In this document: one piece after another, positions 34,307-48,074 of the stretch | Position numbering within the stretch: the stretch's first letter is position 1 | How the letters are laid out: each line of letters starts with the position of its first letter | Assembly: GCA_963575745.1 (NCBI GenBank) | Contig: CAUYUJ010000226.1 | Location: 434,001-498,000 of the forward strand | Origin: Prorocentrum cordatum | Taxonomy: Eukaryota | Direction of reading: 5' to 3' | DNA: 64,000 bases | Notes under the pieces: generated by a model | The model's database searches: none | Told to the model about the DNA's origin: nothing | The model's input: only the letters and a program-made list of their open reading frames with translations | Program-made: the position numbers and the translations under genes

Positions 34307-37300
34307 ACCCTGACAATGAGCATGTGCATTTCTTTTCACATCAGTTCACTCCGTAGCAGATGTAAATGGTTGTAAGTGGCGGCGACGACAGCGCAGCAAT
34401 TATCAATGATGTTTATGACGTGAGCTGAAGCAGCACGTGCTAAGTATGATAGATGTTGCAGTCATTGCAACATGTTTATCGCTATGCGCATTCGTATTTG
34501 AACCCCCGACAACTACATGCAATGAGGCAGTATGCACATCACACGCATTGTACTTTCCGTCGGCTGCAGGAGCTTCGTATTATCATCGAGGAGGGGTCAA
34601 AACGCCTCTATTTCATACCGTTGTGTCTTCTCTCCTTAGTTCAGGGCGCGTGATCTCAAACCCACCCCGGCCCTAGTCGTTGACTCAACGACTTCGCTGG
34701 TCGGGATGCTTCTGAGGAGCGTGTTCTGTTTCTGCTCTCGACGGGGTCTAGCTGGGAATACGCTTAGACTCGCTAAGTGCTCCGCACTCAGCGTGTATCC
34801 TGCGTGTATATCGGGGCCGGAAGTTCGAATGCAACTCCTGGGAGGTCGAATTCTGGCCCGAGATCCAGTTCATCCCTGCGCAATCCCGCTTAATCCAGTT
34901 CATCCGGCTCGATGAGGTCAAATCCCGCTTATAATCTGCGGCCTCATTCGGCGCAGCAGCCCCCCGATGGTGCTTCATCCTCCGTAGTCCTTCCGGCGGA
35001 GACCTCCCACAGTCGTTGCTGGGCGTTGCGTAATGGGGGGGTCATACATGGGGGGGTGGCGAGAGCGGTCCGAAACGGTACCCAAACGGTACCTAAACGA
35101 GCCCCCTGGGGCTCCGGAGGGGCCCGAAAGGGGCACGAAAGGGGACCGTTTCTGACCCCCCCATTTGTGACCCCCCCATTAAGCCACGCCCAACGTTGCC
35201 CCCTCACGGGAGGGAGGAGGAGGAGGAGGAGGAGGAGGAGGAGGAGGAGGAGGAGGAGGAGGAGGAGGGGAGGAAGAGGGAGAGGAGGGAGGAGAGGAGA
35301 GGAGGAGGAGGAGGAGGAGGAGGAGGAGGCGGAGGCGGAGGAGGAAGGAGGAGGAGGAGGAGGAGGAGGAGGAGAGGAGAGGAGGATGAGAGAGGAGGAG
35401 GAGGAGGAGGGAGAGGAGAGGAGGAGGAGGAGGAGGAGGAGGAGGAGGAGAGGAGGAGGAGGAGGGAGGAGGAGGGAGGAGGAGGAGGAGGAGGAGGAGG
35501 GAGGAGGAGGAGGCAGATGGGGCCCCTTGGAGCCCCCCCCGTTGGTGCTGGCCCGGCCACGGCGGACACCTCCGCGGGGGGCGGCGCCCCCGCCGCGGCG
35601 CGCAGCGGCATCGAGCCCGCGGACGTGGGGCGGTGAGGCGGGCCGGGCCCGCGGGCGGCGCGCCTCCTCCTCCTCCTCCTCCTTCCTCCTCCCCTCCTCC
35701 CTCCTCCTCCTCCTCCCTCCTCCTCCTCCTCCTCCTCCTCCTCCCTCCTCCTCCTTCCTCCTCCTCCTCCTCCCTTCTCCTCCCCATCGAGCCCGCATCG
35801 AGCCCGCATCGAGCCCGGGCCCGCGGGCGGCGCGCCGCGAGCGGCCGGTCGGCGGGCGGCGCCGGCCCGGGCCCCCCGCGTCGAGGCTCGAGGCTCGAGG
35901 CTTTCGGACGCGCTCGTCATCAGGCGACGCGAAGATCGGGACGAAATCGGATCGGGATAACTCGAAATCTCTGAGAGTCGGCGGGTTTGGAGGATGTATT
36001 GGGCGCCGCGGCCGCTCCAGAGCGTTCCGGAACGCTCTGAGAGCGCTCCGGAACGCTCTGGAGCGATTTATCCCGATCCTAGCCCTGTTTTACCCGCGTG
36101 GAGGTTCGAGGCGCGGGGCTTTCGGACGCGCTCGTCGCTTCTCGGCGGTGCGCTGGCCTGCGCGGCGTCGCTCGGAGGTGCGCAGGCGGTTCCTCGGCGA
36201 CAGGGCCAGCGAGGAGCATCTTGGATGAGCTCTGGCGGGCAGATGCGGGCACGAGGTCGGAAGATGCGCGGGGAAGGGACGTCGGAGCGATGGCAAGGCT
36301 TCGGGATGCCTCGCCGCAGCGGTGCCTCGCCGAGGGCGTTCCGGGGTCGCCCGGGAGCGTCCCGATCGGCCGCTGGAGCCCTGAGGTCTGCGGCCCGAAA
36401 GCGGGGCCCCCTCGCCTAGATGAGCTTTGGTTTTACCATGGTGGTGTTCCAACCTACTTCAGTTTTGACCACCAGAAGGAATCTCAAGCACCAAGCAAGT
36501 ACCGAAGCCGGAGGGTTGTCACGTGTCGGGCCCTGCGACGCGATGCTCGTTCGACACTCCGCTAGCGTGTCGGGGAGACACAATTTCGGTACTTTTACCG
36601 GGTGTTCGTAGGTATTTCAGGGATGTGGTCCTTAATATTGGTGGGAACCGCATAATTCGATGTTGCTATAGCTAGCCACAGATGGTTACGACACACACGT
36701 CATTACATGACCGTTTGAATTCTTTCTGGCATACGTCGAACCATTGCCATTCATTTGTGACAGCGGTACACCATGTGCAATAACGGATATTCATAAGCCC
36801 GATGCCAGTGTATCATCGAATCAGGTGTTATTATGACGTCTGTTTGTTTTTTGTGTGTTATCATCGTTTTGTTTTTTGTGTGTTATCATTGAACATGGTT
36901 TAGATTGAGCACAAACCGAACACCTGAACTACGTTTGTCGTTGAATTCGCCTTCTTATGCTCATTACATGTGAAAAACAAGCGTCTGACATATGTGAGTA
37001 TCCATCCACATACTTTAACATTATATGTGTGATGTTGCTGGGGGTCATGGAGGATATGTTGGATGATTTGTTCTGTCTCACAGCCCTGAACGGGTGTGCG
37101 TCTGAATACACACACATATATATATATATATATATGTACATATGTATATATGTAGATCTACACAACGCGTGCTTCCCAACCGTCTTGTGGTGTTGGGCCC
37201 TTGCTTTGAAGATCTGTTTTTGGTTGTGTGCGGTTGCTTCTTGCGGAACGTATCCGTGCGACCGCTTTTCTGTGGGATCGCGCCCTGGAATCCGGACCGC

Positions 37301-39664
37301 GAGGATGCGAATACGGATATGTTCCCCGCGCGCTAGGGTCAGGGGGTGACACTGCTGCTGCTTGCCACTTTCGGTCTATGGGGGTCCGGATGAAAAACCT
37401 GTACCGGAGGATGGGTCGAGATTGTTGGAGTCGACGTTGTGCAAAGATCATGGCATTGGAGGTCTAAGGATACTGCTACCCTGGCCCCCGTTTTGGGCCT
37501 CCTGGGAGGCCCGCGTCGCCACCGCTAGATTCGTTTGGAATGTCCGTTTGGTCGGAGTGAACCCCAGGAGAAGTCAGCAGAGTGGCATGACGAGATTTTG
37601 TTATGTTCCCCCATCTGGGGCAACGTGATGGGGGATGGGTCCCATCCTCCATCACGTTGGGCCCTGGAAACGGCAGGGCCGTTTTTCACCGTTTCCGAGA
37701 AACGTCCTTTGAAAATGGAAGCGACAAAAAAACGGCGACCAGAAGTTGGTGCTAGAACCGACAAACAAACGCGACGGAATTGGTAACAAAACCGCGTCGG
37801 AACCAGCAACAAAAACGGCAAAACGGAACTGGTAAAAAACGGCTTGTCGTTTCCAGGGTCCACTAAGGGATAGGATAGGCTCAAGGGTCCCGAGGGAAGC
37901 GGGGGTCAGGGGCAGCGTTGGGGGTGATGTGTTCCAGGATCGAGGGTCGATGTGTTCGGCTGTTCTCTTCGCTTTCCGGCGGTCTCCCAGCCTCGGGATG
38001 CTTTCCAGCGGCTCCACGGGAGGGGTCCGCGCACCGATCTTGAGTTGCCGTTGTCCTGAAGGGTGTTGTGGAACGAGCCCGCCCCCTCTCCGTCCAGGAT
38101 CTAACAGACCCTTGCCCGTCTCAACTCGCGCTGCTCCAAGACCCGTTGTCAGGGCCTAGAGGTTGACACCAGCACCGATATCGGCGGTGTGCATCCACTG
38201 GGGGCAGATGATTCTCGTTTCGGTGGTGGGGGTAGGAACTATTCGTGCCACCTGGACCGCCGAAACATGAGCACCAACGCCAGAATCCAAGATCTTCTTC
38301 CCCTGGTGAAGGCACCCCCCCTGTTTTGGTGCTGTCTAGGCCTCCTAGAGATGGGGTTGGAGTAGATGGGGTCGGAGGATCGCGCCGCATCGCCAATGCA
38401 TCGGCGATGCATCGGCGATGCGGCTCAAAGTGGAGCCACGCTGGCGGCGCCGATGCATCGGTCATGCGGCGCGATCCTCCGACCCCACATATTCCGACCC
38501 CATCTACCCAGACATCCGGCCCCAGAGGTCCCGACCACTTCCCCGGGATCGCTTTTCCCTCCCGCGAGTCGTTTCTTGAGGCTCCCCGGGCCCAGCGAGG
38601 GCCCCCGGATGCCGCAAGCTGCCAGAACCTCGCCGCGCTCCAATGTTTTGGGAGCGTCGGATCTCAGGGCAGAAGGCCTCCATGGCGGTGCCCGCCACCC
38701 CTTTGGTTCCAAAGGGGGGGGGAGCTTAGCAGCCCCCCCCCCCTTGCGGCACCTGGGAAGCTCCCCCCCCCCCTCCCCTCCCCCCCTCACGCAGAGGGAG
38801 GGGAGGGCTTGGCTACCCCCCCCCCCTCTCCTTGACCCCCCTCTGCCGGAAGCTACCCCACCCCCCCTGGTTCCAAAGGGGGGGGGGAGCTTAGCAGCCC
38901 CCCCCCCTCCGCGAGAGCGGCGGGGCCCCCTGCGCGAGAGCGGCGGGGGGCGGCGTGCGGCGCCGCGTTGGGCCGCGGGCGGCGGCGGCGTGGGCCGGTG
39001 CCGCCTCGCCCTGGGGGCCGCGGGCGGCGTCGGCAAAGGACCTCCGCGGCTCCTCCTCGCGGGGGCGGCCAAGATCCTCCTCCTCCTCCTCCTCCTCCTC
39101 CTCCTCCTCCTCCTCCTCTTCCTCCTCTGATTCCTCCTCCTCCTCCTCCTCCGCGGATTCCTCCTCCTCCTCCTCCTCCTGGGGGTCGGAGGGAAGAGAA
39201 GCGACGCCAACACCACAAGGGGGCCCACCGAAGCGAGGAGGTCCACACGTCTCCCCGAGCTGGAGGCGGGGGCTGTCTCGAGCGAGGGGGGGGGGACCAC
39301 ACACCACCAGGGAGACCCCCCATTGCCTCCTCGCGGCTGTTCGCCCCGGTGGTGTCGGCGTCGCCTTTCCTTGTTCCTAGCGGGGGCGGCGAAGAGGGGG
39401 GGGATGACTGCTGGGGGGGGGGTGGACATCGTGGAGGAGGAGGAGGAGGAGGAGGAGGAGGAGGACGAGGAGGAGGAGGAGGAGGAGGGGGTGGACATCG
39501 TGGAGGGGGCCGTGATGGTTCCTGAGATCTCCCGGCGCCTCTTCTTGCCTCAGTGCGTCCCCGGACCCCGGCCACGGAGCGCGCCCCCGCCTCTTGGACG
39601 CCCCCCCCCTCTTGGCCGCCCCCGACTGCTCGCGGCGCGGAAGATGTGTCGGAGGAGGACAGGG

Positions 39665-39844
39665 TACAGTCGGGGCCCTGAAGAAGGAACCCTTTTCGTT
39701 CGGGAGGGGCTCCGTGTTCCTTAATTGTTTCGCAGCTTGCCCTGGACTTTCCTTAGGTTTCCCATGCGAAATCGAAGTTCAACTGATGGAAAATAGGGGC
39801 CTCGTTCCTTATTTAGGGTTCCTTAGGTCAAGGCCCCGACTGTA
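39665..39844. mobile_element. MITE family C
   Basis: Copy of 6435-6614. Confidence 0.8.
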
Positions 39845-40592
39845 TACCCGTGCCTCTACCCCTCGCCCGTTTTCCCTCGTCGACCCTTTTGGGAGGCCCC
39901 ATCGCCACCGCCGGATTCGCCTCGAAATTCTTGTCAGAGCGCATCCGGGGAGAGGTCTCGCGGCGACAGCACCCGCAGTGCCAGTGCTGGTTCGTCCGGC
40001 GGCGTGAAGTCACGACGTCTCCACCGCGCAGCATGCTGACGGGAGTCGAAGAAGGACAGATGCTGTCAACATAGATGTTCGGCGCTCCGCGCGGAGCGCC
40101 ACCAGTTTGTGCGGATGCAGTGGTTTCTTCTTCTACGTAGGAGGGGGCGCCAGCATAGATTGCTTGCGAGATCGAGTCGCACGCGCTCAGATCGAAAATG
40201 CCTGAGATTCCTCGCAGGGGGGGGGGCAGGCGACGGCTCTCTCGTGAAGCCAGGGCCCGCCGCGGCCCAGCCTGCGCCGGGCACGGCGCAGAGCATGCGC
40301 GCGCGGAGCGCGCGGGCAGCAGCCCAGAGGTCCGCGCGCAGACCTCCTGCATGGGTCGGCGCTGTCGGCGCGGGAGCTCCTCCTCCTCCTCCTCCTCCTC
40401 CTCCTCCTCCTTCTCCCCCTCCCCCCCTCCTCCTTCCCTCCTCCTCCTCCTCCTCCTCCTCCTCCTCCTCCTCCTCCTCCCCTGGTCCTCCTCCTCCTCC
40501 TCCTCCTCCTCCTCCTCCTCCTCCTCGGGTGCGGCGGCTCGGGGGCGCCGCCAGGGATGTGGGGAGGGGGCGGGGCGGGCCGGGGGGGGCTA

Positions 40593-41610
40593 CAGCCCTT
40601 AAGGCAGGCGTGTCGCCGGGCAAGAGACGCCCCACCATAATAGGTGTACTCGGCCCGTGGGGGTGGGCACATAATTCAAAGATGTTTGTGCCCTTTGTTG
40701 CAGTGTTTCGACAAGTTGTATTCGCTGTCACATTCTCCATCTTCCATTCAATTGCTTTTGCTTTGTTGCATTGTTTCGATAATACTGCATTCAGTGTTGC
40801 AAAGGCGGTTGTCTCTCATCAAGCGATTTGGTCAATCATCAGGCAAACTTATGGTTATCAACCGAAAGTCTCTCCAAGAGCTCGTCTTCGGCGGTGCAGC
40901 ATTTTTCCCATCAGCCAGAGTAGTAGCAGCGCTCTATTTACCAAAGAAGGGGCTTTGCACGTGCGCTCTGATTGTGGTGCCCGAGAACCGGGATACGAAG
41001 TCGGCTCCGCCGTCCTGTGCTCCAGTCAGTGCTCTGGTCACGGGGGCGGGGGGGCGGACATTCAAGGAAAAAGGGGGCACCTGCGGCCAAGCCGCCAGGT
41101 GCCGACGATGTCGCGAAAGAGGGGGCAGTCGTTTCCTCCCTTCTGTGAAGGCCAGATAGTCAGGGTTTAGTAGCCAGGCTCGACATCTTCTGGCAAATAC
41201 AGCTACCATGCTTGAAGCCAGACACAGTGTCAAGAGGAAGCTCACAGAGCGCTTTGCACGTGGTGTTTTGCCTACGTCGGAAACGCAGGTGTCGTTCGTG
41301 TCAACGTCGGCCTGCCCCTCGTCGCGCTGGAGACGGAACGGACCACGGGCGCCTGCAGCCCTTAAGGCAGGCGCGTCCCCGGGCAAGAGACGCCCCATCA
41401 TAATGGGTGCACTCGGCCCGTGGGGGGGGGGCACATAATTCAAAGATGTTTGTGCCCTTGTTGCAGTGTTTCGACAAGTTGTATTCGCTGTCACATTTTC
41501 CAGCTTCCATTCACTTGCTTGTGCTTTGTTGCATCGTTTCGATAATATTGTATTCAGTGTTGCAAAGACGGTTGTCTCTCATCAAGCGATTTGGTCAATC
41601 ATCAGGCAAA
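40593..41610. repeat. pair of ~255 bp direct repeats (40593-40848 and 41356-41610)
   Basis: cagcccttaaggcaggcg ... ggtcaatcatcaggcaaa occurs twice. Confidence 0.85.
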
Positions 41611-42239
41611 TTTCTAAGATAACCAAGCCATTTCAATAGTCTGGGGACGACTTAGTTTTTCCATTTTTGATTTTTTTGGGGGGGGACTTTGAGGGTATAT
41701 TTAGTTTGTCGTCCAAACTCCGCCTGTGCGGGGGGGCGCGTCCGACCTAGACGGAGTGGAGGAGACGGGGGGAGGCGGATCGCCATGGGGGGGGGGCTGC
41801 GCTCTGAGGGCAGCGAGCGGCGGCGCCGGCTGTGAGCGGCGGCAGAGGCCATGCCGCCAGCCGTCGGGCCCGTGCGTCGTCAGCACAAAGCTTGCGCGGA
41901 TGGATGGAGGGAGGGAGGGAGGGGGGGGGAGGGAGTGGGGGGAGGGGGGAGGGGGGAGGGGGAGGGAGGGAGAGAGGAGAGGGAGGGAAGGAGGGAGGGA
42001 GGAGAGGGGGGAGGGCGGAGGGCAAGGTAGGTGCGCTCGCGTCATATCTGTCATCCTACCCCTCCCTCCCATCCCATGGCGCAGATCCCCTCTCTACTCG
42101 CACAGTCGGATGTCGAGCAGGGCAATGATCCCGAAAGGGTACGCGATGCATTGTAGAGCACGGCGTGGCATGGCGTAGAAGAGCACCGCAAAGCGCAGCA
42201 TCAACCTAGCATTGCATTGCATGCCGTGGCATGGCACGG

Positions 42240-42635
42240 GAAATGACGCCAGCATTGCAGCGGGAACGCGAGTCGAAACGAGCGGAAGCGCGGAAATGAG
42301 GCCAGCGCTGCAGCGGGAGCGCGATTCGGAACGAGCGGAAGCACGGAAATGAGGCCAGCGCTTCAGCGGGAGCACGATTCGGAACGAGCGGGGCCCGAAA
42401 ATGAGGCCGGCGCCCCAGCGAGAGCAGCATTTGGAAACAACATGCAGGCGAAAACACATTTCCGGGGAGGCCAGCGCTGCAGCGGGAGCACGATTCGGAA
42501 CGAGCGGAAACACGGATATGAGGCCAACGCTGCAGCGGGAACACGATTCGGAAGGAACGGGGCCCGAAAATGAGGCCGGCGCCTCAGCGAGAGCAGCATT
42601 TTAAAACAAATGCAGGCGAAAACCCAACTCCGGGG
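42240..42635. repeat. compound minisatellite (gcagcgggagcacgattcggaacgagcgg...gaaatgaggcc units)
   Basis: About five to six related units. Confidence 0.8.
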
Positions 42636-45600
42636 AAACCCGTGCGTTAAAAAAACCGTACGCGGGGAGGGGTCCGACACTTTCAAACCGTCAACAGGGG
42701 AACAGGGAGAGTAGTATTCATATTGAGTAATTGTGGATGGGGGGGGGGAGGGGAAGGGGGAGGGGGGGAGGCGGGGAGGGGGGATCCTGCGGAAAAACTT
42801 GTCCTGAGGTTTCTCATCGTGCTCGGGCCCCCGGGGACCCCCCCACGGGCCCGTTGTCAGAGAACGATTCAGAATAAATAGAGAGAGAGAGAGAGAGAGA
42901 GAAAGAAACAGAAAGAGAGAGAGAGAGAGAGCTTGTCCTGGGGGAAGGCAGGCCCCCAGGGTCCAGGTCCTGTCCCCCTCAGGACCCCTGTCCCCCCAAA
43001 TGTTCAGTGGAGGAGTGGGAGGAGGTGGAGGCGGGCGAGGCGGGCGGACCAGGGGCCGGCTCGGGAGGAGGTGGCCAAGGGCCGGTGGCGGGGTGGCCCC
43101 CGCGGAGGTCGCTGGAGAAGAAGCAGGCGGAGCACCGGTCGCTGTCCGAGGCCGGGCGGCGCGTCGCGCGCCCACCGCCGCCCCCCTCCTTTGGCGCGCC
43201 AGCGTCTTGGTGCCCGGGGGGGGGGATTCACCTCCTCCTCCATTATCCTCCTCCGCCGCCTCCTCCTCCCTCCTCCTCCTCCGAGGTCCTCCTCCTCCTC
43301 CTCCTCCTCCTCCTCCTCCTCCCCCTCCTCCTCCTCCTCCTCCTCCTCCTCCTCCTCCTCCTCCTCCTCCTTCCCGTTCCTTTCGTCTTCCCGTGCCTCC
43401 CTCTGGTCCTCCTCCTTCATTTCTCCTCCTTCCCCGCCTCCTCCTCCTCCCTCCTCCTCCTCCTCCGCCGCCTCCTGATCCTCCTTCCCAGCCTGCTTCC
43501 TGTCGTCCTTCGTCCGTTGTCTCCTCCCCTGTCCTCCTTTGAGGCCGCCTCTGGATCCCCTTGCGAGAACGGGCGTGACCAGGGGAAGGGAGGAAGGGGG
43601 ACGGCGGCCGTTCACGTCACGATCCGCGACGGCGCCGTCTGGGACCGCTTAGAAATGGCTGGTCCCACACGGCGCCGGCGCGAATCGTGACGTGACCAGG
43701 AGGCCAGGGGGGGCGAGGAGGGGGGGGGGCGGTCATGGGCGTTGTCGCGAATAATGAAAAAATCCGTGTCCTCCGCTTCTTCCTCCTGCTGGCGCGGCTG
43801 GCTTTGGTGCTCGCACGAGCACAGCCATCCCACCCTGGAGCACTAGCCCCGTGGGATCAAACTGATTCTGCGTGGAAGAAGTAGAGGGGGAACCGCAAAG
43901 GCGGGGGAGCCCCAGGGGGGTGGAGTAGCTATTTCAGGCTATGTCCCCTGGGGAAGGGAGGACAGCGACGCAACGACGACGACGACGGAGGCTGCAGGTT
44001 GGAGGGTGGAAGCTTGTTGGCACAGGTTGGCCGAACGTTGAAGGCGAAGGGTGGCAAGCGCGAGAGGTGGCAGCTGGGCGGCCGGAGGCGCGATCCTTGG
44101 ACCCCATCTACTCGGACCCTATCTAGGAGGCCTCTAGATCCTTGGTATCGCTCGGACGTCTGCACTTTTTCTCGGCGGGGATGATTCTGATGCATCCTGG
44201 ATCATCCGGCGAAAAAAAAACACGCACGAAACCGAGCAAAAACACAGGGAATGGACGTCCGAGCGATGGCCAGGTTCAGGCAGGGGGGGGGGGGGCGGGG
44301 ACAGCGCTCCCAGCGGCCAAAGATGTGGTAGTCCTCCCCCGCGGCTGCGGCGGCCGCGGGGCTGCGGCGCTTCGGCCGGGGCTGCCCGCCGCTTCGGCAG
44401 CGCCGCCGACCGCGAGAGCCGGGTCTCCCCACAGGTCAGAAGGTGGGGCTCCCCGGGGAAGTCGGGAGGGAGAGCGCGCATCAACGTCAGCGGCACCGTC
44501 ACGGGTACTCACGAAAGGGGAACTTTGGAGATGTGCCGAACGTTGCCCTTTTAGGGTCCCTTCCTGGCATTGCTTTTCCGTCGCCCTGCCGCCGCCCATG
44601 GGGGTCCCTCGCTGCCCGCATCGCGCATCGCCTCGCTGGCGGCGTCCTGCGCGGCGGCCCCGGCTCCTGCAGAGCCCTCTCCCTGCCGGCCGCCTGATGA
44701 GGAGGAGGAGGAGGAGGAGGAGGAGGAGGAGGAGGAGGAGGCGCCGTGGCCGGCAGCCCTGTCGCCCAGCAGCTCCGCCCCCTCGCCTGCCCGGCAGCCC
44801 TGGCCCCCGGCAGCCCTGCTGGGCGCCTCGACGTGGCCCCTGCCGCGCACCTCGGCGTGCTGCGCCCCCTCCGCAGCTGGCGCTCTGCAGCTCGGCGGGC
44901 CCTCTGGCAGCCTCTGCTCGCTCTGCGGCCCTCGGCAGCGCCGCCGGCAGATCTGCAGCCCGGCTCTCGGCACCTCAGCGATGACAGTGTTGCAGCATGT
45001 TGCTGCGGCGAGCTGGTCGCTGGCCCAGCCCCTGCGGGCGCTTGGGCCTTCCAGTAATTATTCCGCGGGCACCGCGCCTGCAGCTAAAGCCTGTCAGCCA
45101 CGGCCTTCTGACGAACACCTGGATGCCGCCCGCTTCCGTGGGCTCGCTCGCCTCTCCTCCTCCCGTACTGGTTCGTCTTGTTCTACGCTTTCTGCGCCTG
45201 CAGCCTCTGCATCAGCCCCTTTGGTGTGGCCGTGATGCCGCTCCGCGTCCACTGCTGGGCTGCCTCAGCACAGGCTGGCCGCACCAGCCACTCGTGACGA
45301 AGGTCTTCGCGCAGTGAGGGCCTCCATCGGTCTCCCGCCCTTCGCGACCGCTCTCTGGTCCTCTCCGCCTTTCGTGCAGCTGGACAATTTGTGCGTGCCC
45401 GTACCCTGCCGACTAGAGCGCGCGTGCGACGGAACATGTGTGCTCCCTTCACTTCTGTCCAGCAGCGACACGTTGATGGCAGTAACACGCTGCTGGTTTC
45501 TCCACGGCGGGGTGTCATTGACACCGCTCTTGCTCCCAAAAAACGGCCCCATTCCACTGCGGCGGCCCGTGAGAGCTCTTTCATACCCCGCTTCATCCTC

Positions 45601-47089
45601 TTCCTCCCTCCTCCTCCTCCTCCTCCTCCTCCTCCTCCTCCTCCTCCTCCTCCCCGTCCTCCTCCCCGTCTTCTTCCGCCTCCTCCTTCTCTCCTCTCCT
45701 CCTCCCTCCTCCTCCTCCTCCTCCTCCTCTTCCTCCTCACCCTCTTATTCCTCCTCCTCCTCCTCCGCCTCCTCCTCCTCCTCCTCCTCCTCCTCCTCCT
45801 CCCTGCTCCCTCCTCCTCCTCGTTGGTCCTCCTCTCTTCTCCTCTTTCTGGTGGTTGGTGACTGTCGGCACTTGTGTCTTCAGACGCTGCCACGTCCCCC
45901 CCCGCCCATCCCCCCCCCAGAGCGTTCGCCCCTGGGGGGGGGGCCAGGCGTACCTCCATATGGGGCCACGAAGCGTGTGAGGAGTGTGCCAAAAGTGGGG
46001 AGGGTGGCGGCATGCGGGCGCAGCCACCGAGGCCTTCGGTGGAGCTCCCCGTGGGCCCACGAAACGTGTAAGGGGTGTGCCAAAGTGAGAGGGGGTGACG
46101 GGAGGAGGGAGAAGGGGGAGGAGGGAGGAGGAGGGAGGAGGGGAGGGGGGGGGAGAGAGGATGGAGGAGGAGTAGGAGTGAGGAGGAGGAGGGAGGAGGA
46201 TGAGGAGGAGGGAGGAGGAGTAGGAGGAGGGAGGAGAGGGGAGGAGAGGGGAGGAGGGGGGGGTGGAGGAGGAGAGGAGGCGTAAGGAGGAGGAGGAGGC
46301 AGGAGGAGGAGGAGGATGATTAGGAGGAGGAGGAGGGGAGGAGGAGGAGGCGGAGGAGGAGGAGGAGGAGATGGATGAGGGAGGAGAGGAGGAGGAGGGA
46401 GGAGGAGGAGGAGGAGGAGGAGGAGGAGGAGACGGAGGAGAGGGGAGGAGAGGAGCGACGCAGGGACCGTCTTTTCAGAGCGAGGACCCACCACCACAGG
46501 ACGGTCTGGGACAATGGGGTTACAACAATATCACCCGTCTACTTTCCCTCCATCAGGTCTGACAGCAAGAGTGTCTTGCTTCTGAAGTGTTTCCGCCCGG
46601 ACTGGTACGCGTGCCGCCTGTCGCGCGAGCCTACTGCGTCCAGCGCGTCAGTGTCTTCTCGCGTCATGGGCAGGACACCAGTCCTGCCAGCTCCAGAACG
46701 CTCCCGGGGCGTTCTGGAACGCGCTGAGAAGGCCGCGGCGCCCGAGGCATCCTCCAGGACCGCCAGGTCTCAGAGATTCCCGATTCACCCTCGCCCGAGC
46801 TCCCCCTCGTCCTGGCCTCGCCGTGAGGGAGGAGGCCGAGGAGAGCTGCATCCCCAGGGCCGTCGTGCCCCTGAGCCCCCCCCTCTCCCCCCCGGGGAGG
46901 AGAGGGGAGGGGAGGGGAGGGGAGTGGAGGGGAGGGGAGACCCACACCTCTGGAGGCGAGGCCAGGCGCCGCGCGTGCGACCGCCCTCGGCGCCAGGTCG
47001 TGGACTCCTGCGAGATCCGCATCGCCGCCATCCGGTCGGCGCCCCGCCGCGGGGCCGTCCCAGGAGCAGTGTCGCTCCACCGACCCTCA

Positions 47090-47260
47090 CCACCCACCAA
47101 ACCACCCCAACCCAACCCGAAGGCCCAAATTTATCCTCGATTTCCAGGGGGGGGGGGTCGGGGAACATTGAAAAAACACATGGAATCCGTACCCCCCCCG
47201 ACCCGAAATTCGGATCAAATTCGGGTCTTCGGGTTGGGTTGGGGTGGTCTGGCAGGTAGT
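47090..47260. mobile_element. MITE family E
   Basis: accaccccaacccaacccgaag ... cttcgggttgggttggggtggt. Inverted copy at ~47652-47815 and another at ~50930-51228. Confidence 0.75.
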
Positions 47261-48043
47261 CAGACCCCATGTCCCCATCCGCACCCCCTCTGGAGGGGCA
47301 GAAAACGAGAGGCCATGGTCAAGACCGAACGCGGAAGCGTCGTGTCGCGGCCTTGGAGCTTCCCTGCCCCCGAGACGGCCAAGGAGGCCCTTGAGATCGC
47401 CCTTGACGGCCCAAGGCGCCCCCGCGAGGACACAACTCGGCCCAGGAGGGCCCCACGGCGGCCCAAAAGAGGCCTCCGAGACGGCCGAGGAAAGCCGCCC
47501 CCGAAGAGCCCCACACGGCCTCCAGGAAGCTTCCACGAGGCCCCGGACGATCCGCTCGTGGAGCGCCCTCGCGGGACGGCGACGGCCGACGGGGGCCACG
47601 GCCGAGGTCGGCATCGACCAGGATCCTTCAACATCTTGGTCCTTGGCCTGACTACCTACCAGACCACCCCAACCCAACCCGAAGACCCGAATTTCGGGTT
47701 GGGGGGGGGGATGAGCTCCACACGTATTTTTGTCGATGTTCCCCGACCCCCCCCCCCACTGGAAACGGAGGGCAGATTGAGGCCTTCGGGTTGGGTTGGG
47801 GTGGTTTGGTAGGTGGCCTTGGCCCCCGCCGGTCTTGGCCGCCGTCGATCCGCTCGTGGAGCGCCCCCGCGGGTCGTGGCGCTGGCCGACAGGGGGCCAC
47901 GGCCGAGGGCGGCATCGACGAGAGCTCCCGGTCGGCGTCTCGGGCCGTGGGGCCCCCAGGGGCTTCCTGCCTCGACCCGGGCAGACCCCCGGCAGCTCGG
48001 CGCCCCACCCTCGGGGACCTCCAGCGGACGCCGGGGGAGGGGA

Positions 48044-48074
<31 letters not shown>

